DNA of 64,000 nt from a virus. The notes under the pieces are model-generated. The model saw only the letters and a list, made by a program, of their open reading frames with translations, made no database searches and had not been told where the DNA came from. A program made the position numbers and the translations under genes. The stretch lies in the IMG/VR virus record IMGVR_UViG_3300038463_000177; one strand, written 5' to 3'. Positions 8,526-17,903 of the stretch are shown here, piece by piece; positions within the stretch are counted from its first letter, which is position 1; each line of letters opens with the position of its first letter.

Positions 8526-10420
8526 ATAATCCTTTCCGCCGGCCCGTCACCCTTGAACTCGGAAGCCAGCGGGCATCCCGGCAACCATGGCAATTCCCGG
8601 TTCATCTCGCGCAGGATGACCGCCTTGTGCTCCTCCAGCCGGCCGTCCCCTTTGGGGATCAGCAGCCACAGCGAGTCGTGCTTGGTGTTCTTGCAGCGGT
8701 ACCCCAGCTTCTTCAACCGAATCATCGCCTGAGACACGACGACGCGCGCCAGGGCCTGAATCAAGTTCTCGACCAGCTTCGCGCCGTACATCTTGACCCA
8801 CCCCTTGCGGGTTTTCAAGCGCCAATAGCGATCGCCATCGTCCGGGTCACTATAAAATTCGAGCGTGTCGTAGATAAGCTGGATACCGTTGGGCAGCACG
8901 ATCCGTTTAGTGCCCTTGGCCACGTCGCACTTGAAACCGAGCGGTCCCATCTCGCCCGCGCCGCAACGCACATCCATGTTATTGGCAGACATCACGCTCA
9001 GCATCGTTTCGGCCAACCGCCAAAACTTCACGACCTCGGGATGCGTCGACCGATAAGCGTCGCGCGCCTCCACGCCTTCCGCCGGCGACAGGATGATCTC
9101 GCCGAAGGACTTGACCCGCACCGTGCTCCGGATCTTATTGCCGCCGCTGCCGTAACCTGCCTGCAGTTCCACGATCTTGCCGAGCTGGCGCTCCAGCGGA
9201 TGATCTTTTTTGTTGATCGGCTTCTTGTAGAAGGCGCTGGCGACGCCGACGTAGGGATCGGCGCCGGTGCGGAATTCCTCGACCTTATCCCACTGGCCGG
9301 CGCAGAAGTTCAGCAGCCGGCACTCAATCTGGCTGCAGTCCGGCTCGGCGATCAGGTATCCATCAGGTGCGACAACGCCTGAATTAATCTCGGATCCATT
9401 GGTCCAGTTCTGAAAATTCGTGTCGTCCCCGCCCGACCAGCGGCTCGTATGAGCCCCACAGTAGTGCAAGTAAACGCACAGAGGTCCCCGGCTTGCCATC
9501 CAGCCCATCGTCGCCGAGCGGGTCTGCAGCAGCGATGATTTCGTTCCCAGGCGAGCTTCCGCAAGAGCGCGCACCTCTGGATCTTCGTCAAACTTAAGCT
9601 CCTCCATGAACGGATCGTCTTTGGCGAACGCAAACTTGGTGTTGCCCTTCTCGGTGATCTTGGTTTCGGGTTCCACGCCGCGGGCGCGCAGCAGGCTGGC
9701 GAACGTGTCGTCCGATCCCAGGTCCTTGGCGGTCAGGTTCAGCTTGTCCAACATCGCCTGCTTGCGGGTCGCTTCTTCCGTCCACACCTTGGCGAATACC
9801 GCGCCGTCGCCGATCAACTCCGGCTGCGTGAACATCTTGATAGTGGAGTCGACCACCTCGAACTCCTCGGGCGGGAAGTCCCGGGCCAGAATGCCGAACA
9901 GCTTCCAGATCGACTCCACTTCATCGATCGCGCCGGCCGCCACCTGGCGCTGGACGTCGACCGTCATTTCGTTCCAGTGCTTGCCTTTGAACAGGTGGTA
10001 GGGGGTAATTTTTTCAGGCAGGCCGAAGTTCTTACGAACGGAGTCGAGGGAGACAGATATGTGATTGCCAAGCAGGAGGCGCGCCATGGACAGCGTGCAT
10101 CCGGACATTCCAGGACGCACACCATACCAGTGGTTAAGTACAAGGTGGTCGAACTGAGCGTGGTGACTAATAAGAAAGACATCGGACCAGTCCGTTTCCT
10201 TGGCGATGTAGCGGAATTCGCGGTCGTCGTACCACTGCGGCAGCGTCTTGGCATCCCACTTGACGGCGATACCGTGCATCTCGAACCGCTTGTCCCGGCA
10301 ATAGGACTCAGTGTTCATCGAGCGGATCCAGTACGGGTCGGGCGAGCCATCCGGCTTGAAGCAACCCGCTAGGTTCTCCGGGTCGTAGTACGATTCGAGG
10401 TCGGCGACGACGGGGCGCAT
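8519..10420 (-). CDS. family A DNA polymerase with 3'-5' exonuclease domain
   Basis: Exo motif VADLESYY; pol motif A DCSQIECRLL, motif B RQLGKIVELQAGYGSG, motif C KHDSLWLL. Confidence 0.92.
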   Translation of the reverse strand: MRPVVADLESYYDPENLAGCFKPDGSPDPYWIRSMNTESYCRDKRFEMHGIAVKWDAKTLPQWYDDREFRYIAKETDWSDVFLISHHAQFDHLVLNHWYGVRPGMSGCTLSMARLLLGNHISVSLDSVRKNFGLPEKITPYHLFKGKHWNEMTVDVQRQVAAGAIDEVESIWKLFGILARDFPPEEFEVVDSTIKMFTQPELIGDGAVFAKVWTEEATRKQAMLDKLNLTAKDLGSDDTFASLLRARGVEPETKITEKGNTKFAFAKDDPFMEELKFDEDPEVRALAEARLGTKSSLLQTRSATMGWMASRGPLCVYLHYCGAHTSRWSGGDDTNFQNWTNGSEINSGVVAPDGYLIAEPDCSQIECRLLNFCAGQWDKVEEFRTGADPYVGVASAFYKKPINKKDHPLERQLGKIVELQAGYGSGGNKIRSTVRVKSFGEIILSPAEGVEARDAYRSTHPEVVKFWRLAETMLSVMSANNMDVRCGAGEMGPLGFKCDVAKGTKRIVLPNGIQLIYDTLEFYSDPDDGDRYWRLKTRKGWVKMYGAKLVENLIQALARVVVSQAMIRLKKLGYRCKNTKHDSLWLLIPKGDGRLEEHKAVILREMNRELPWLPGCPLASEFKGDGPAERIMW

Positions 10421-10737
10421 TACCGGTTCGCCCTCATCAACTCGTCGATAATAGGCAACAGCGTGGCGTCGTCGTCCGAAATGGTCTCGTCGGCGAAGGC
10501 CAGCATGGGGATCCGGAGGATGGTGTTGGGGTGCGTCGGGTGGTCGGGCTCGGTGCGCCAGACCAGTATCCGGCGCCTGGAAGTGTCGTGGGCCCCAAGG
10601 GAGCGGAATTGCAGTTCGTCCTCGGCCAGGTACCGGACAGCGCGCTGGGCGTCCCGCATCGGCTTCGGGCCCTCGGGCATGCGGATGCGGGCGCGGCGGT
10701 CCGGGTGCTGGCGGAAGAACTGCTCGTCCGGGTTCAT
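10420..10737 (-). CDS. hypothetical protein
   Basis: 105-aa ORF, start/stop coupled on both sides. Confidence 0.6.
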   Translation of the reverse strand: MNPDEQFFRQHPDRRARIRMPEGPKPMRDAQRAVRYLAEDELQFRSLGAHDTSRRRILVWRTEPDHPTHPNTILRIPMLAFADETISDDDATLLPIIDELMRANR

Positions 10738-11153
10738 GTTGTTACCCCCAGCAATTCCAGCGCTCGTTCCAGCACAGTCTTACCCCACTTCCTCAGGGCC
10801 TTGACCTTGTCATCTCCCGTCACCGAACTGGAATAGGTGGCGAGCTGGGCCAGCAGCACCGCCAGTTCCTCGGCGCGCGCCGCCGCGATTTTCCGGCGTG
10901 CTTGGGCGGTCTCGTTGACGACGCCAACCAGTGCCCTCATGTCGTCCTCGCCTTCCGCGCAGGCCCGGCGTCCCTGCTCAGTGATCGTCAGGTTGTACAC
11001 CCCGGACGGATCTTGCGGCGACACGTTGCGCTGCAGGTAGCCCTTGGTCAGCAGCGACTGCGCCGGCGCTTCCCAGCGGCCGATCGGCATCATCCGCTCG
11101 CCCTCGGCGGCGATCAGGAGGACGGCCAATTCATCTTGCGTGAGATCAGCCAC
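10734..11153 (-). CDS. hypothetical protein
   Basis: 139-aa ORF, coupled overlaps; no motif recognised. Confidence 0.6.
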   Translation of the reverse strand: MADLTQDELAVLLIAAEGERMMPIGRWEAPAQSLLTKGYLQRNVSPQDPSGVYNLTITEQGRRACAEGEDDMRALVGVVNETAQARRKIAAARAEELAVLLAQLATYSSSVTGDDKVKALRKWGKTVLERALELLGVTT

Positions 11154-11445
11154 TGATTGCCTCCACCCGCCAATGCGAATCGGGGCCGGTGCGGCAAACC
11201 AGCTTCAGGCCGTGCTTCGCCAGCTTCGGCTGCATCTTGACTTTCATGACGCTGACTATATTGCGGTTCGGACCGCCATCTTTCTGGCTATACATCAATT
11301 CAAATATGCCATCCCGGGTAATGCCGCCCCGCCCGGCGCGCTGTATGATTTGAAAAAGCCGACGCTCCTGACGCGTCATGTCGAACATTATTTCCGAATC
11401 GGGCAACGGATGCCCGCAGCATTCACAAGTCCGGACCTTCACCAT
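11146..11445 (-). CDS. OmpR/PhoB-type winged-helix DNA-binding protein with N-terminal Cys pair
   Basis: MVKVRTCECCGH..; MTRQERRLFQII..NIVSVMKVKMQPKLAKHG resembles the trans_reg_C pattern; start taken at internal ATG 11445. Confidence 0.55.
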   Translation of the reverse strand: MVKVRTCECCGHPLPDSEIMFDMTRQERRLFQIIQRAGRGGITRDGIFELMYSQKDGGPNRNIVSVMKVKMQPKLAKHGLKLVCRTGPDSHWRVEAISG

Positions 11446-11660
11446 TCGAACGTCCTCCCGCTGCGCAGCTCGGCATCGATCCCGGCGCACACCAGCCGAT
11501 ACCGCTGCATCACGAATTCGGAATGCTGCACGCCCGGGCGCTGGAAACCGGCCTCGAACTTATAGATCATCGACAGCGTGTAGCCGGACATCTCGGCCAG
11601 CTGCTCGCGGGTCAGTTTGCGTCGCTCTCGCCACGCTCGGGCGCGTTCGTGGGGTTTCAT
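11439..11660 (-). CDS. XRE/Cro-like HTH regulator (first gene of replication operon)
   Basis: MKPHERARAWRERRKLTREQLAEMSGYTLSMIYKFEAG; start at ATG 11660 rather than ORF-track 11873. Confidence 0.75.
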   Translation of the reverse strand: MKPHERARAWRERRKLTREQLAEMSGYTLSMIYKFEAGFQRPGVQHSEFVMQRYRLVCAGIDAELRSGRTFEW

Positions 11661-11934
11661 GCTGTTTCCCTTGCCGATGCGTAATGCATAGCATACCCGC
11701 GCCGCTTGTAAATAGCAGAGTCGTAAAAAATTTGTTTTGATCGCGCGGCCCGTCAAATTGCGCTTGACAGCAAAGGCTTGCCGGAAGCAGTCTGCGCGCC
11801 TTGCGCCCGTTTCACCCAAGAGAAAGGCCGCCGGCGGGGGTATCGCCAGCGGCCCGGTCGAGGGGGCGCCCAAGGGGATTAAACGCCATGGCCTTCATAG
11901 CATCGGCGACCGCGCGCGGCAAGAGGCTGGCGAC
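11661..11934. promoter_or_regulatory. divergent intergenic control region between Cro-like gene and primase
   Basis: AT-rich stretch TTGTAAATAGCAGAGTCGTAAAAAATTTGTTTTGATCG, a TTGACA hexamer at 11764, ATGCAT-centred repeats; promoters not mapped. Confidence 0.4.
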
Positions 11935-14235
11935 GTGAACGTAAAGCTTGAAGCGGCGTTGGCATATGGCCGCATGGGCTGGCGGATTTTCCCCTGCCAC
12001 TCGGTCGTGCAGACCGCGACGGGCCCGGCGTGCAGCTGCGGCAAAGCCTCCTGCAAATCGCCAGCTAAACATCCGAGAACAAAAAGAGGACTGCTCGATG
12101 CGACCGACGACGAATCAACCATCCGCCGGTACTGGACCCGCTGGCCCGACGCCAACATCGCACTCGCGACCGGATCCGGTCTCGCCGTGTTCGACATCGA
12201 CGGGCCGGAAGGTGCGGAGGAATTCAAGCAGCTGGTGGCGACTCACGGGCCTGTGCCTGCGACGCTGGCGGCTGCCACGGGACGCGGTCTCCATCTTGTA
12301 TTTGCAACGCAACCTGGAAGCCCTAGCGTTCGGTCTTCGGCAATGGGTAAGGTCCACGTTCGAGGCGAAGGGGGCTACATCATCGTCGCCCCCTCCGACC
12401 ACATCACCGGGCGAAAATATCAATGGGTGAACAGGCTTGCGCCGGCACCTTTACCTGGTTGGTTAAGACAATGGGGGGCCGGGTATAATGTTACTGCGAA
12501 TGCCGTACAAGCCGTGCAGAATAGTCCCTTTGAAGCTCTCGGTGCGCTACCGGCCTATTTGCAAATACGTCAGCAGAGCCAACCCGATGTCACGAAAAGT
12601 GCAAGCGACGCATTACGTACAGTATGGAGTCCGGCCGAAGAGGCGCGGCTGATCTCGGCGCTGGCGGCGATTCCGGCTAACCAGTACGACTCCTGGTACC
12701 AGATAGGCATGGCGCTGCATGGACTTGGCTGGGACCGCTCAGATGGAACTTCAATAGGCTTTGACATCTGGGACCAGTGGAGCCAGACCTGCCCCGAGAA
12801 ATACGCCCTCGGCGCCTGCGAAGCCAAGTGGCGATCGTTTGACCGGTCGGCGCGCGGGGAACTGACGCTCGGGACGATCTACCACCTGGCGCAACGCTCG
12901 GGGTGGAATGGAGGGGCCCCCGCGCCAATGGGCTGGGGTGAAGTGCAGGCCCCTCCGGTAAGCGCCGACCCACCTGCCGGCAACAGCGGGCACCTTAACG
13001 GCCACGCCAACGGGCATCAAGTGCTCCCGGTCGCCTTTGGCGGCCTCAAGCCCATCACCTTCCCCGACACCAACGACAAGGGCCTGCCCCGGGCCACCAT
13101 GACCAACGCCAAGGTCGCGGTCGCCGCGCTCGGGCTGGATTGCCGGTACGACCTGTTCCATAACCGGATGCTGGTCGGCGGCGAAGTCATTAACAAGTGG
13201 CATTCCAAGGAGTTGTCCGATCACGTGGTGACCATGCTGCGCAACATGATCCGTTACCGCTTCGGCTTCGATCCCGGCAAGCAGCATACTCAGGATGCCA
13301 GCGAGTCACTCGCCCTCGAGTTCCGGTTTGACCCGGTGCTGGACTACCTGGACGGCCTGCGCTGGGACGGCCGGCCACGGCTCGACCGCTGGATGGTCGA
13401 CTATCTCGGCGCCGACGACACCGAGCTGAACCGGGCGATCGGGCGCCTGTCGCTGCTCGCCGCGGTCCGCCGCGCGCGCCAGCCCGGAACCAAATTCGAT
13501 CAAATTATTGTGCTCGAAGGGCGGCAGGGACAGGGCAAGAGCGAGGCGATCGAGATCCTGGCAGGCAAGGAAAACTTCTCCGATCAAAGCATCCTCGGCG
13601 TCGACGACCGCAAGCAGCAGGAGTTAACCGAAGGCGTGTGGCTGTATGAGATCGGCGAGCTCAACGGCATTCGCCGCACCGACATCGAGCACATCAAGGC
13701 TTTTGCCTCCCGCAAGGTTGACCGTGCCAGGCCGGCCTATGGGCGCTACACGGTCAGCCAGCCCCGCCGAACCGTGTTCTTTGCCAGCTGCAACAGAGAC
13801 GATTACCTGCAGGACGACACCGGCAACCGCCGCTTTTGGCCGGTAGCGGTCCGGTTTGCCGACCACGATGGCTTGCGGCGCGACCGCGACCAGCTATGGG
13901 CCGAGGCCAGCGCCCGCGAAGCCCGCGGCGAGTCGCACGTGCTCGAACAACGGCTATGGGCGGTGGCCGGCGAGGAGCAGGAGAAGCGGGTGGCGGCCGA
14001 CAGCTGGGTGGAACTAATCCACCGCTACCTCAACATGCCCGACAAGCACCGGGACGATGTCAGCATCGCCGACGTGCTGTGCGACAACCAGTTTATCGCC
14101 ATGCGCCCGGACGCCATCGGCAAGTCCGAGGAGATCAAGGCCGGGCGGGTGATGGCCGCGCTGAAGTTCGAGCGCTACCAGAAGCGCCTGGCCGACGGCA
14201 CGCGGGTTTACCGCTACCGTCGGCCAAGGGACTGA
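11935..14235 (+). CDS. bifunctional primase-polymerase (prim-pol) / VirE-D5-type P-loop helicase
   Basis: GWRIFPCH..CSCGKASCKSPAKHPR..LAVFDIDGPEG (prim-pol), WYQIGMALHG (PriCT-like), VLEGRQGQGKSEAIEIL Walker A; GTG 11935 after AGAGG preferred, TTG 11737 possible. Confidence 0.88.
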   Translation: MNVKLEAALAYGRMGWRIFPCHSVVQTATGPACSCGKASCKSPAKHPRTKRGLLDATDDESTIRRYWTRWPDANIALATGSGLAVFDIDGPEGAEEFKQLVATHGPVPATLAAATGRGLHLVFATQPGSPSVRSSAMGKVHVRGEGGYIIVAPSDHITGRKYQWVNRLAPAPLPGWLRQWGAGYNVTANAVQAVQNSPFEALGALPAYLQIRQQSQPDVTKSASDALRTVWSPAEEARLISALAAIPANQYDSWYQIGMALHGLGWDRSDGTSIGFDIWDQWSQTCPEKYALGACEAKWRSFDRSARGELTLGTIYHLAQRSGWNGGAPAPMGWGEVQAPPVSADPPAGNSGHLNGHANGHQVLPVAFGGLKPITFPDTNDKGLPRATMTNAKVAVAALGLDCRYDLFHNRMLVGGEVINKWHSKELSDHVVTMLRNMIRYRFGFDPGKQHTQDASESLALEFRFDPVLDYLDGLRWDGRPRLDRWMVDYLGADDTELNRAIGRLSLLAAVRRARQPGTKFDQIIVLEGRQGQGKSEAIEILAGKENFSDQSILGVDDRKQQELTEGVWLYEIGELNGIRRTDIEHIKAFASRKVDRARPAYGRYTVSQPRRTVFFASCNRDDYLQDDTGNRRFWPVAVRFADHDGLRRDRDQLWAEASAREARGESHVLEQRLWAVAGEEQEKRVAADSWVELIHRYLNMPDKHRDDVSIADVLCDNQFIAMRPDAIGKSEEIKAGRVMAALKFERYQKRLADGTRVYRYRRPRD

Positions 14236-14301
14236 GAAGGGATCAGGGCGCCGAGGTGACCGGGGGCAGGCTGACCGGAGCGGGGGTCGGCGTCAGCGTA
14301 A

Positions 14302-14541
14302 TCAGCCCTCGTCGCGAAATTCACGCTGCTGGGCTATCGCAACCGGCGTTTTCGTTGGCCGGCGAACACGCCGCCAGATCGCAACGGCGATGAGATAGGC
14401 GACATAAATCGCGCCGGACACTGCCAAGACCACGACCGTGCCGGCGACGATCGGCGAGACGATGACTAGACCCTGCATTTCATTCTCCAATGCTTTGCCG
14501 AGGTCGTCGCTGTGGCGCTCGGCGGGTTCTTTCCACGGCAT
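14302..14541 (-). CDS. small membrane protein
   Basis: 79 aa with ~33-residue hydrophobic core GLVIVSPIVAGTVVVLAVSGAIYVAYLIAVAIW. Confidence 0.6.
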   Translation of the reverse strand: MPWKEPAERHSDDLGKALENEMQGLVIVSPIVAGTVVVLAVSGAIYVAYLIAVAIWRRVRRPTKTPVAIAQQREFRDEG

Positions 14542-14575
14542 TAGGGGGTTCTCGGGTGTGAGCGAGAACCCCCTA
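14542..14575. promoter_or_regulatory. perfect 13-bp stem-loop abutting the start codon of 14302-14541
   Basis: TAGGGGGTTCTCG-ggtgtgag-CGAGAACCCCCTA; followed on + strand by GCACGGCTTTTGTT. Confidence 0.55.
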
Positions 14576-14595
14576 GCACGGCTTTTGTTCCCTGG

Positions 14596-15099
14596 CTATA
14601 GCCGCAAGAACTGCCCTTTGATGCTGCAGGCTTCGAGGATATCGGCATCGGCCGAGCCGTAGGCGACCAGCACCGAGGGGGCGCCGGCATTGGCGCCGGC
14701 TTGTTGCCCATCGACGTAGTGAAAATAGAGCCGTCCGCGCAGGAACAGCACCGCGGCGGCGCGGTTCCACACGGTTTCGAAAAACAAATCGGTCTCAGTG
14801 CGGGCGAAGATCAGCGCCGTTCCCTGGTTGTGCAGCGCCATGCGTTTCATCCACGGGCCGACGATCGGCGGGGGACCGTAAGGCGGATTCAAGAACACGC
14901 GACCGCGCCACGGCTGCAGCAAGCCGTTGTCGGTGGACGTGTAGTGCCTGGCAGCCGTCGGCCACGGGCGCACGATCGGCGCGCACGGGTCGAGATCGAA
15001 CGGGCCAAGCGCCGCCAACACGCTCGGCGGCGTCAGCCATTCGTCGTTCTTCATGGCGGCCGACTGATGGCCGCCCATGCCGGCAACGCGCCTGCTCAT
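14596..15099 (-). CDS. phage Dam-type DNA N6-adenine methyltransferase
   Basis: DEWLTPPSVL..FDLDPCA..VFLNPPYG..ARTETDLFF..LRGRLYF matches the phage Dam family pattern including NPPY. Confidence 0.88.
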   Translation of the reverse strand: MSRRVAGMGGHQSAAMKNDEWLTPPSVLAALGPFDLDPCAPIVRPWPTAARHYTSTDNGLLQPWRGRVFLNPPYGPPPIVGPWMKRMALHNQGTALIFARTETDLFFETVWNRAAAVLFLRGRLYFHYVDGQQAGANAGAPSVLVAYGSADADILEACSIKGQFLRL

Positions 15100-15230
15100 T
15101 CGAGCATGTCGGCGATAAACTGCATCGCGGCCGGGATGTGGCTATAGTCGCGCAACAGAGCCACGATCGCGCGGTGGTCGTAATAACCAACAGCCATGAA
15201 GAACCTGTTTTTTGGGATGTAAACGCGCAT
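15096..15230 (-). CDS. hypothetical 44-aa peptide
   Basis: MRVYIPKNRFFMAVGYYDHRAIVALLRDYSHIPAAMQFIADMLE; stop overlaps Dam start (ATGA); below ORF-track cutoff. Confidence 0.3.
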   Translation of the reverse strand: MRVYIPKNRFFMAVGYYDHRAIVALLRDYSHIPAAMQFIADMLE

Positions 15231-15233
15231 CTG

Positions 15234-15323
15234 TCATTTCCCCTTGATGGTCGGCGGGCTGATCTTCCATAGCAGCCAGCCGAGGAAGACGCCTGCCAGG
15301 ATGTGGGCGAGGAAGCTGGTCAC
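15234..15323 (-). CDS. hypothetical 29-aa hydrophobic peptide
   Basis: VTSFLAHILAGVFLGWLLWKISPPTIKGK; GTG overlaps upstream stop (GTGA). Confidence 0.25.
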   Translation of the reverse strand: MTSFLAHILAGVFLGWLLWKISPPTIKGK

Positions 15324-15574
15324 GAGGCGGGCTTGCCGGCGAGCGGGTCGAACGCCTGGCGCTGCTTGCACAGTTCGAGCGCCTTTGCCGCCTCGAGCGC
15401 GTTAACCTCGTCAGCTTTGCGGCGCGCGGCTTCGAAGCTGAAGCAATACCAGGTCCGCCCCGAAAGGGTCTGGTATTCCTGGCTGCCCGCCGGGTTGGCT
15501 TCCTTCCAAAGACGCCAACGCCCGCCGGGTAAGCCCGATCCAGGGCGCCAAATGTAATGTTCGGGGTACATCAT
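15320..15574 (-). CDS. hypothetical protein
   Basis: Start at MMYPEHYIWRP after GGGAGA; 84 aa. Confidence 0.6.
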   Translation of the reverse strand: MMYPEHYIWRPGSGLPGGRWRLWKEANPAGSQEYQTLSGRTWYCFSFEAARRKADEVNALEAAKALELCKQRQAFDPLAGKPAS

Positions 15575-15798
15575 GCTAGATTCTCCCTTCCTGCTGTTGC
15601 AAAGGCGTGTCGTATGAGGTCTGTGGCTTCCTGGCGCGTCCGGAAGGTCCGGGAGCCCCAAGACACCCGGGAGCCGATCCGCCAGCACCCGGAAGCGTCG
15701 TAGGCGACCAGCGGGGGTTCATGGCCGGGACTAACGACCAGTTCGAACATGCTGGGGGAGTGGCAGAGGTATTGCATTCCGGAGAGGGTGATTTTCAC
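15571..15798 (-). CDS. hypothetical protein
   Basis: 75-aa ORF, stop overlaps next start. Confidence 0.55.
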   Translation of the reverse strand: MKITLSGMQYLCHSPSMFELVVSPGHEPPLVAYDASGCWRIGSRVSWGSRTFRTRQEATDLIRHAFATAGRENLA

Positions 15799-15807
15799 AG
15801 TCCGCCC

Positions 15808-16296
15808 CTATCGGTAAACGGCAATGCCGCGGGTATAGCACGAGTCGGCCGTGCTGCCGTCCGGGATGTCGCCCGGCCGCAGAATGTACAGCGCGCAGCC
15901 GCGCGGATCGCCTTGGACGTAGTAGCCAAAGCCTGGATAGTTGGTGATGATCGCCCGCAGGCGCTTGAGGGCACCGCGCTCTCGATCGGGTAGGGATCCA
16001 TGGGTGACGTAATCCTTGCCGTGGCCGTGCAGGTAGTGGTGGTGTTCCATGAACGGCTTGCCGTCGTCATCGTGCTCAAAGGTTTTGCGCTTGCCGGTCA
16101 GTGTCGGGATATGATCCTTAAGGCGCTTTACCTTGCGCCCGCGCACGATCGACCAAGACCCGTAGCTGTTGCCATCGCCGCATTCGAGCTCGTGCCAGCG
16201 GTGCAGGGTCATCGATATGCGGCGCAAGGCGATTGCGTCATGATAGGAGATGCCGGCGGATTGCAGGGCATCGATGCAGGTTTGTTTGTGGAGCAT
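15808..16296 (-). CDS. hypothetical protein (His-rich centre)
   Basis: 162 aa; HRWHELECGDGNSYG..EHHHYLHGHGKDY; no family recognised. Confidence 0.7.
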   Translation of the reverse strand: MLHKQTCIDALQSAGISYHDAIALRRISMTLHRWHELECGDGNSYGSWSIVRGRKVKRLKDHIPTLTGKRKTFEHDDDGKPFMEHHHYLHGHGKDYVTHGSLPDRERGALKRLRAIITNYPGFGYYVQGDPRGCALYILRPGDIPDGSTADSCYTRGIAVYR

Positions 16297-16338
16297 TTGC
16301 CTAGTTCCCTTGTGTTTGCGCGTTGGCGCGGTTGGTGG

Positions 16339-16641
16339 TTACTCGAATGAAGCGACGATGTGGTCGATGTGGCGCGCGGTCCCGCCGCAATCCAGGATGT
16401 ATTGCACCTGGTCGCGGACGCGGTCGACCTGCCGTGCGGCCATGCGGTCGAGAAGCGCGCGGCAGGAATAGCCGTTCGGGTGCGTAGCAAGCAAAGTCTC
16501 GCCTGCATCGCTTTTGTAAAACAGCCCGTGCGTATCGAGCTCCGCAATAACGCGGACCTGCAAAACGCCGTGCGGCGTTGCGACGGGCTTCAGGATGCGC
16601 GAGTCGTTTGATGGCAGGATTGATCCGCCGACGTGTCGCAT
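16339..16641 (-). CDS. hypothetical protein
   Basis: Start taken at MRHVGGSIL (16641), 3 nt after upstream stop. Confidence 0.6.
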   Translation of the reverse strand: MRHVGGSILPSNDSRILKPVATPHGVLQVRVIAELDTHGLFYKSDAGETLLATHPNGYSCRALLDRMAARQVDRVRDQVQYILDCGGTARHIDHIVASFE

Positions 16642-16643
16642 TG

Positions 16644-16952
16644 TCAAAGCCTCTCGTTTGAGGGTTGGTAGGTGTACTTGCCGGCGCCGCTCAGTTCGTC
16701 CTGGCTCGGCGCTGTTGCATTGATGGCGCGGAGCGCACAAGCGAGCAATGGCCCGGTGAACGCCGCGCAAATGGCATCGCGCGGGCTGGCGCCCTTGGCG
16801 ATATCCTCGCACAAGTCATCAATACGTTTGAAGTATTGGGCGAGCGCATAGGGGTTATAGTGCTTACCGCGCGACTGGCGGATGTCGTATTGCGTCAAGG
16901 CGTGCACAAGCGCGTTGCGCACGGTCCCGCCGAACATTCGGAATTCTGGCAT
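16644..16952 (-). CDS. hypothetical protein
   Basis: 102-aa ORF; no motif recognised. Confidence 0.65.
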   Translation of the reverse strand: MPEFRMFGGTVRNALVHALTQYDIRQSRGKHYNPYALAQYFKRIDDLCEDIAKGASPRDAICAAFTGPLLACALRAINATAPSQDELSGAGKYTYQPSNERL

Positions 16953-16985
16953 TGCTTAGACTCCCTTGGTTAGCTTCTACCGCCC

Positions 16986-17016
16986 TATGCCCGGTATCCT
17001 TTCGGAGCCGGGCATA
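16986..17016. promoter_or_regulatory. 9-bp stem-loop between two leftward genes
   Basis: TATGCCCGG-tatcctttcggag-CCGGGCATA; no clear U-tract. Confidence 0.35.
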
Positions 17017-17049
17017 AGCGCGTCGTTTGGGTTTGGTTGCTGGTGCCTC

Positions 17050-17640
17050 CTATTCGTTGCCGATGGGTCTCGCCCAAAGCGAGAAATTGATATCGAATTG
17101 TCCGGTTGAGTCGATGGAAAACAGGAACTCATGGTCCGGGTGCTCCGCTTGCGCGGCTTTCAAGATCTTGGCCGGGTTGTCTGTCTGCCCAGGATGAAAG
17201 CCGGACTCGAAAGCATCATCGTTGAGCTTGCGAAAGCCGTGCTTTGTCCAATCGACATCGAAGGTATCGGCGCGACGCGCGTCGTCGAGCAGGTATTCAA
17301 TATAGGTGTCGACTTCGTCGCCGGCTTCGATTTCATCGGCGCCGATAACCTCACCGTCCTCCGTTATGAAATAAGAGCGCTTCCACCCATAGGAGTCGGG
17401 CGAGCTGCGATACGCCTTCCCGGTTTCGTGGCTGATAATCCATTCATCCGACCATTCCAGGGCATACCCGTGGTTTTCGAGCCACGAATAGACCGGCTTG
17501 GAAACGTGATTCCAATTGGCGAATATGATACCGCGTTCCGGGTCGGAATAACCCGGTTCACCGTAGGAACTGCACCAATCGACGTCTTGGTTACAGCGCT
17601 TGTACAGTAATGCTTCGATAGCTTGAGCGGGTATGTTCAT
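17050..17640 (-). CDS. hypothetical acidic protein
   Basis: 196 aa, Asp/Glu/Trp-rich, lower GC; no family recognised. Confidence 0.75.
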   Translation of the reverse strand: MNIPAQAIEALLYKRCNQDVDWCSSYGEPGYSDPERGIIFANWNHVSKPVYSWLENHGYALEWSDEWIISHETGKAYRSSPDSYGWKRSYFITEDGEVIGADEIEAGDEVDTYIEYLLDDARRADTFDVDWTKHGFRKLNDDAFESGFHPGQTDNPAKILKAAQAEHPDHEFLFSIDSTGQFDINFSLWARPIGNE

Positions 17641-17651
17641 GGCTGTTGCTC

Positions 17652-17834
17652 CTATTCCGGCAGGTTAGCGAATGCTGCACGGAGCGCCTGGATCTCCGCG
17701 TAGCGTTCGGGGAAAGTGATTCGCAGGGTCGACCAATCCATGCCGAACTGCAGTCCGCCGGCCATGTCCCGGAAACACTGGCGCAGGATTGCGTTGTAGC
17801 GGCGCAAGGCGCCTCGTTTGGTTCGGACGGTCAT
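17652..17834 (-). CDS. hypothetical small protein
   Basis: 60-aa ORF 11 nt upstream of the next gene. Confidence 0.5.
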   Translation of the reverse strand: MTVRTKRGALRRYNAILRQCFRDMAGGLQFGMDWSTLRITFPERYAEIQALRAAFANLPE

Positions 17835-17903
17835 TGGTTGTTCTCCCTTGTGGACTCATCAGCTGCAGCTCGACTGCAGGACCGCGCCAGGCGCGGTTTC
17901 GTC

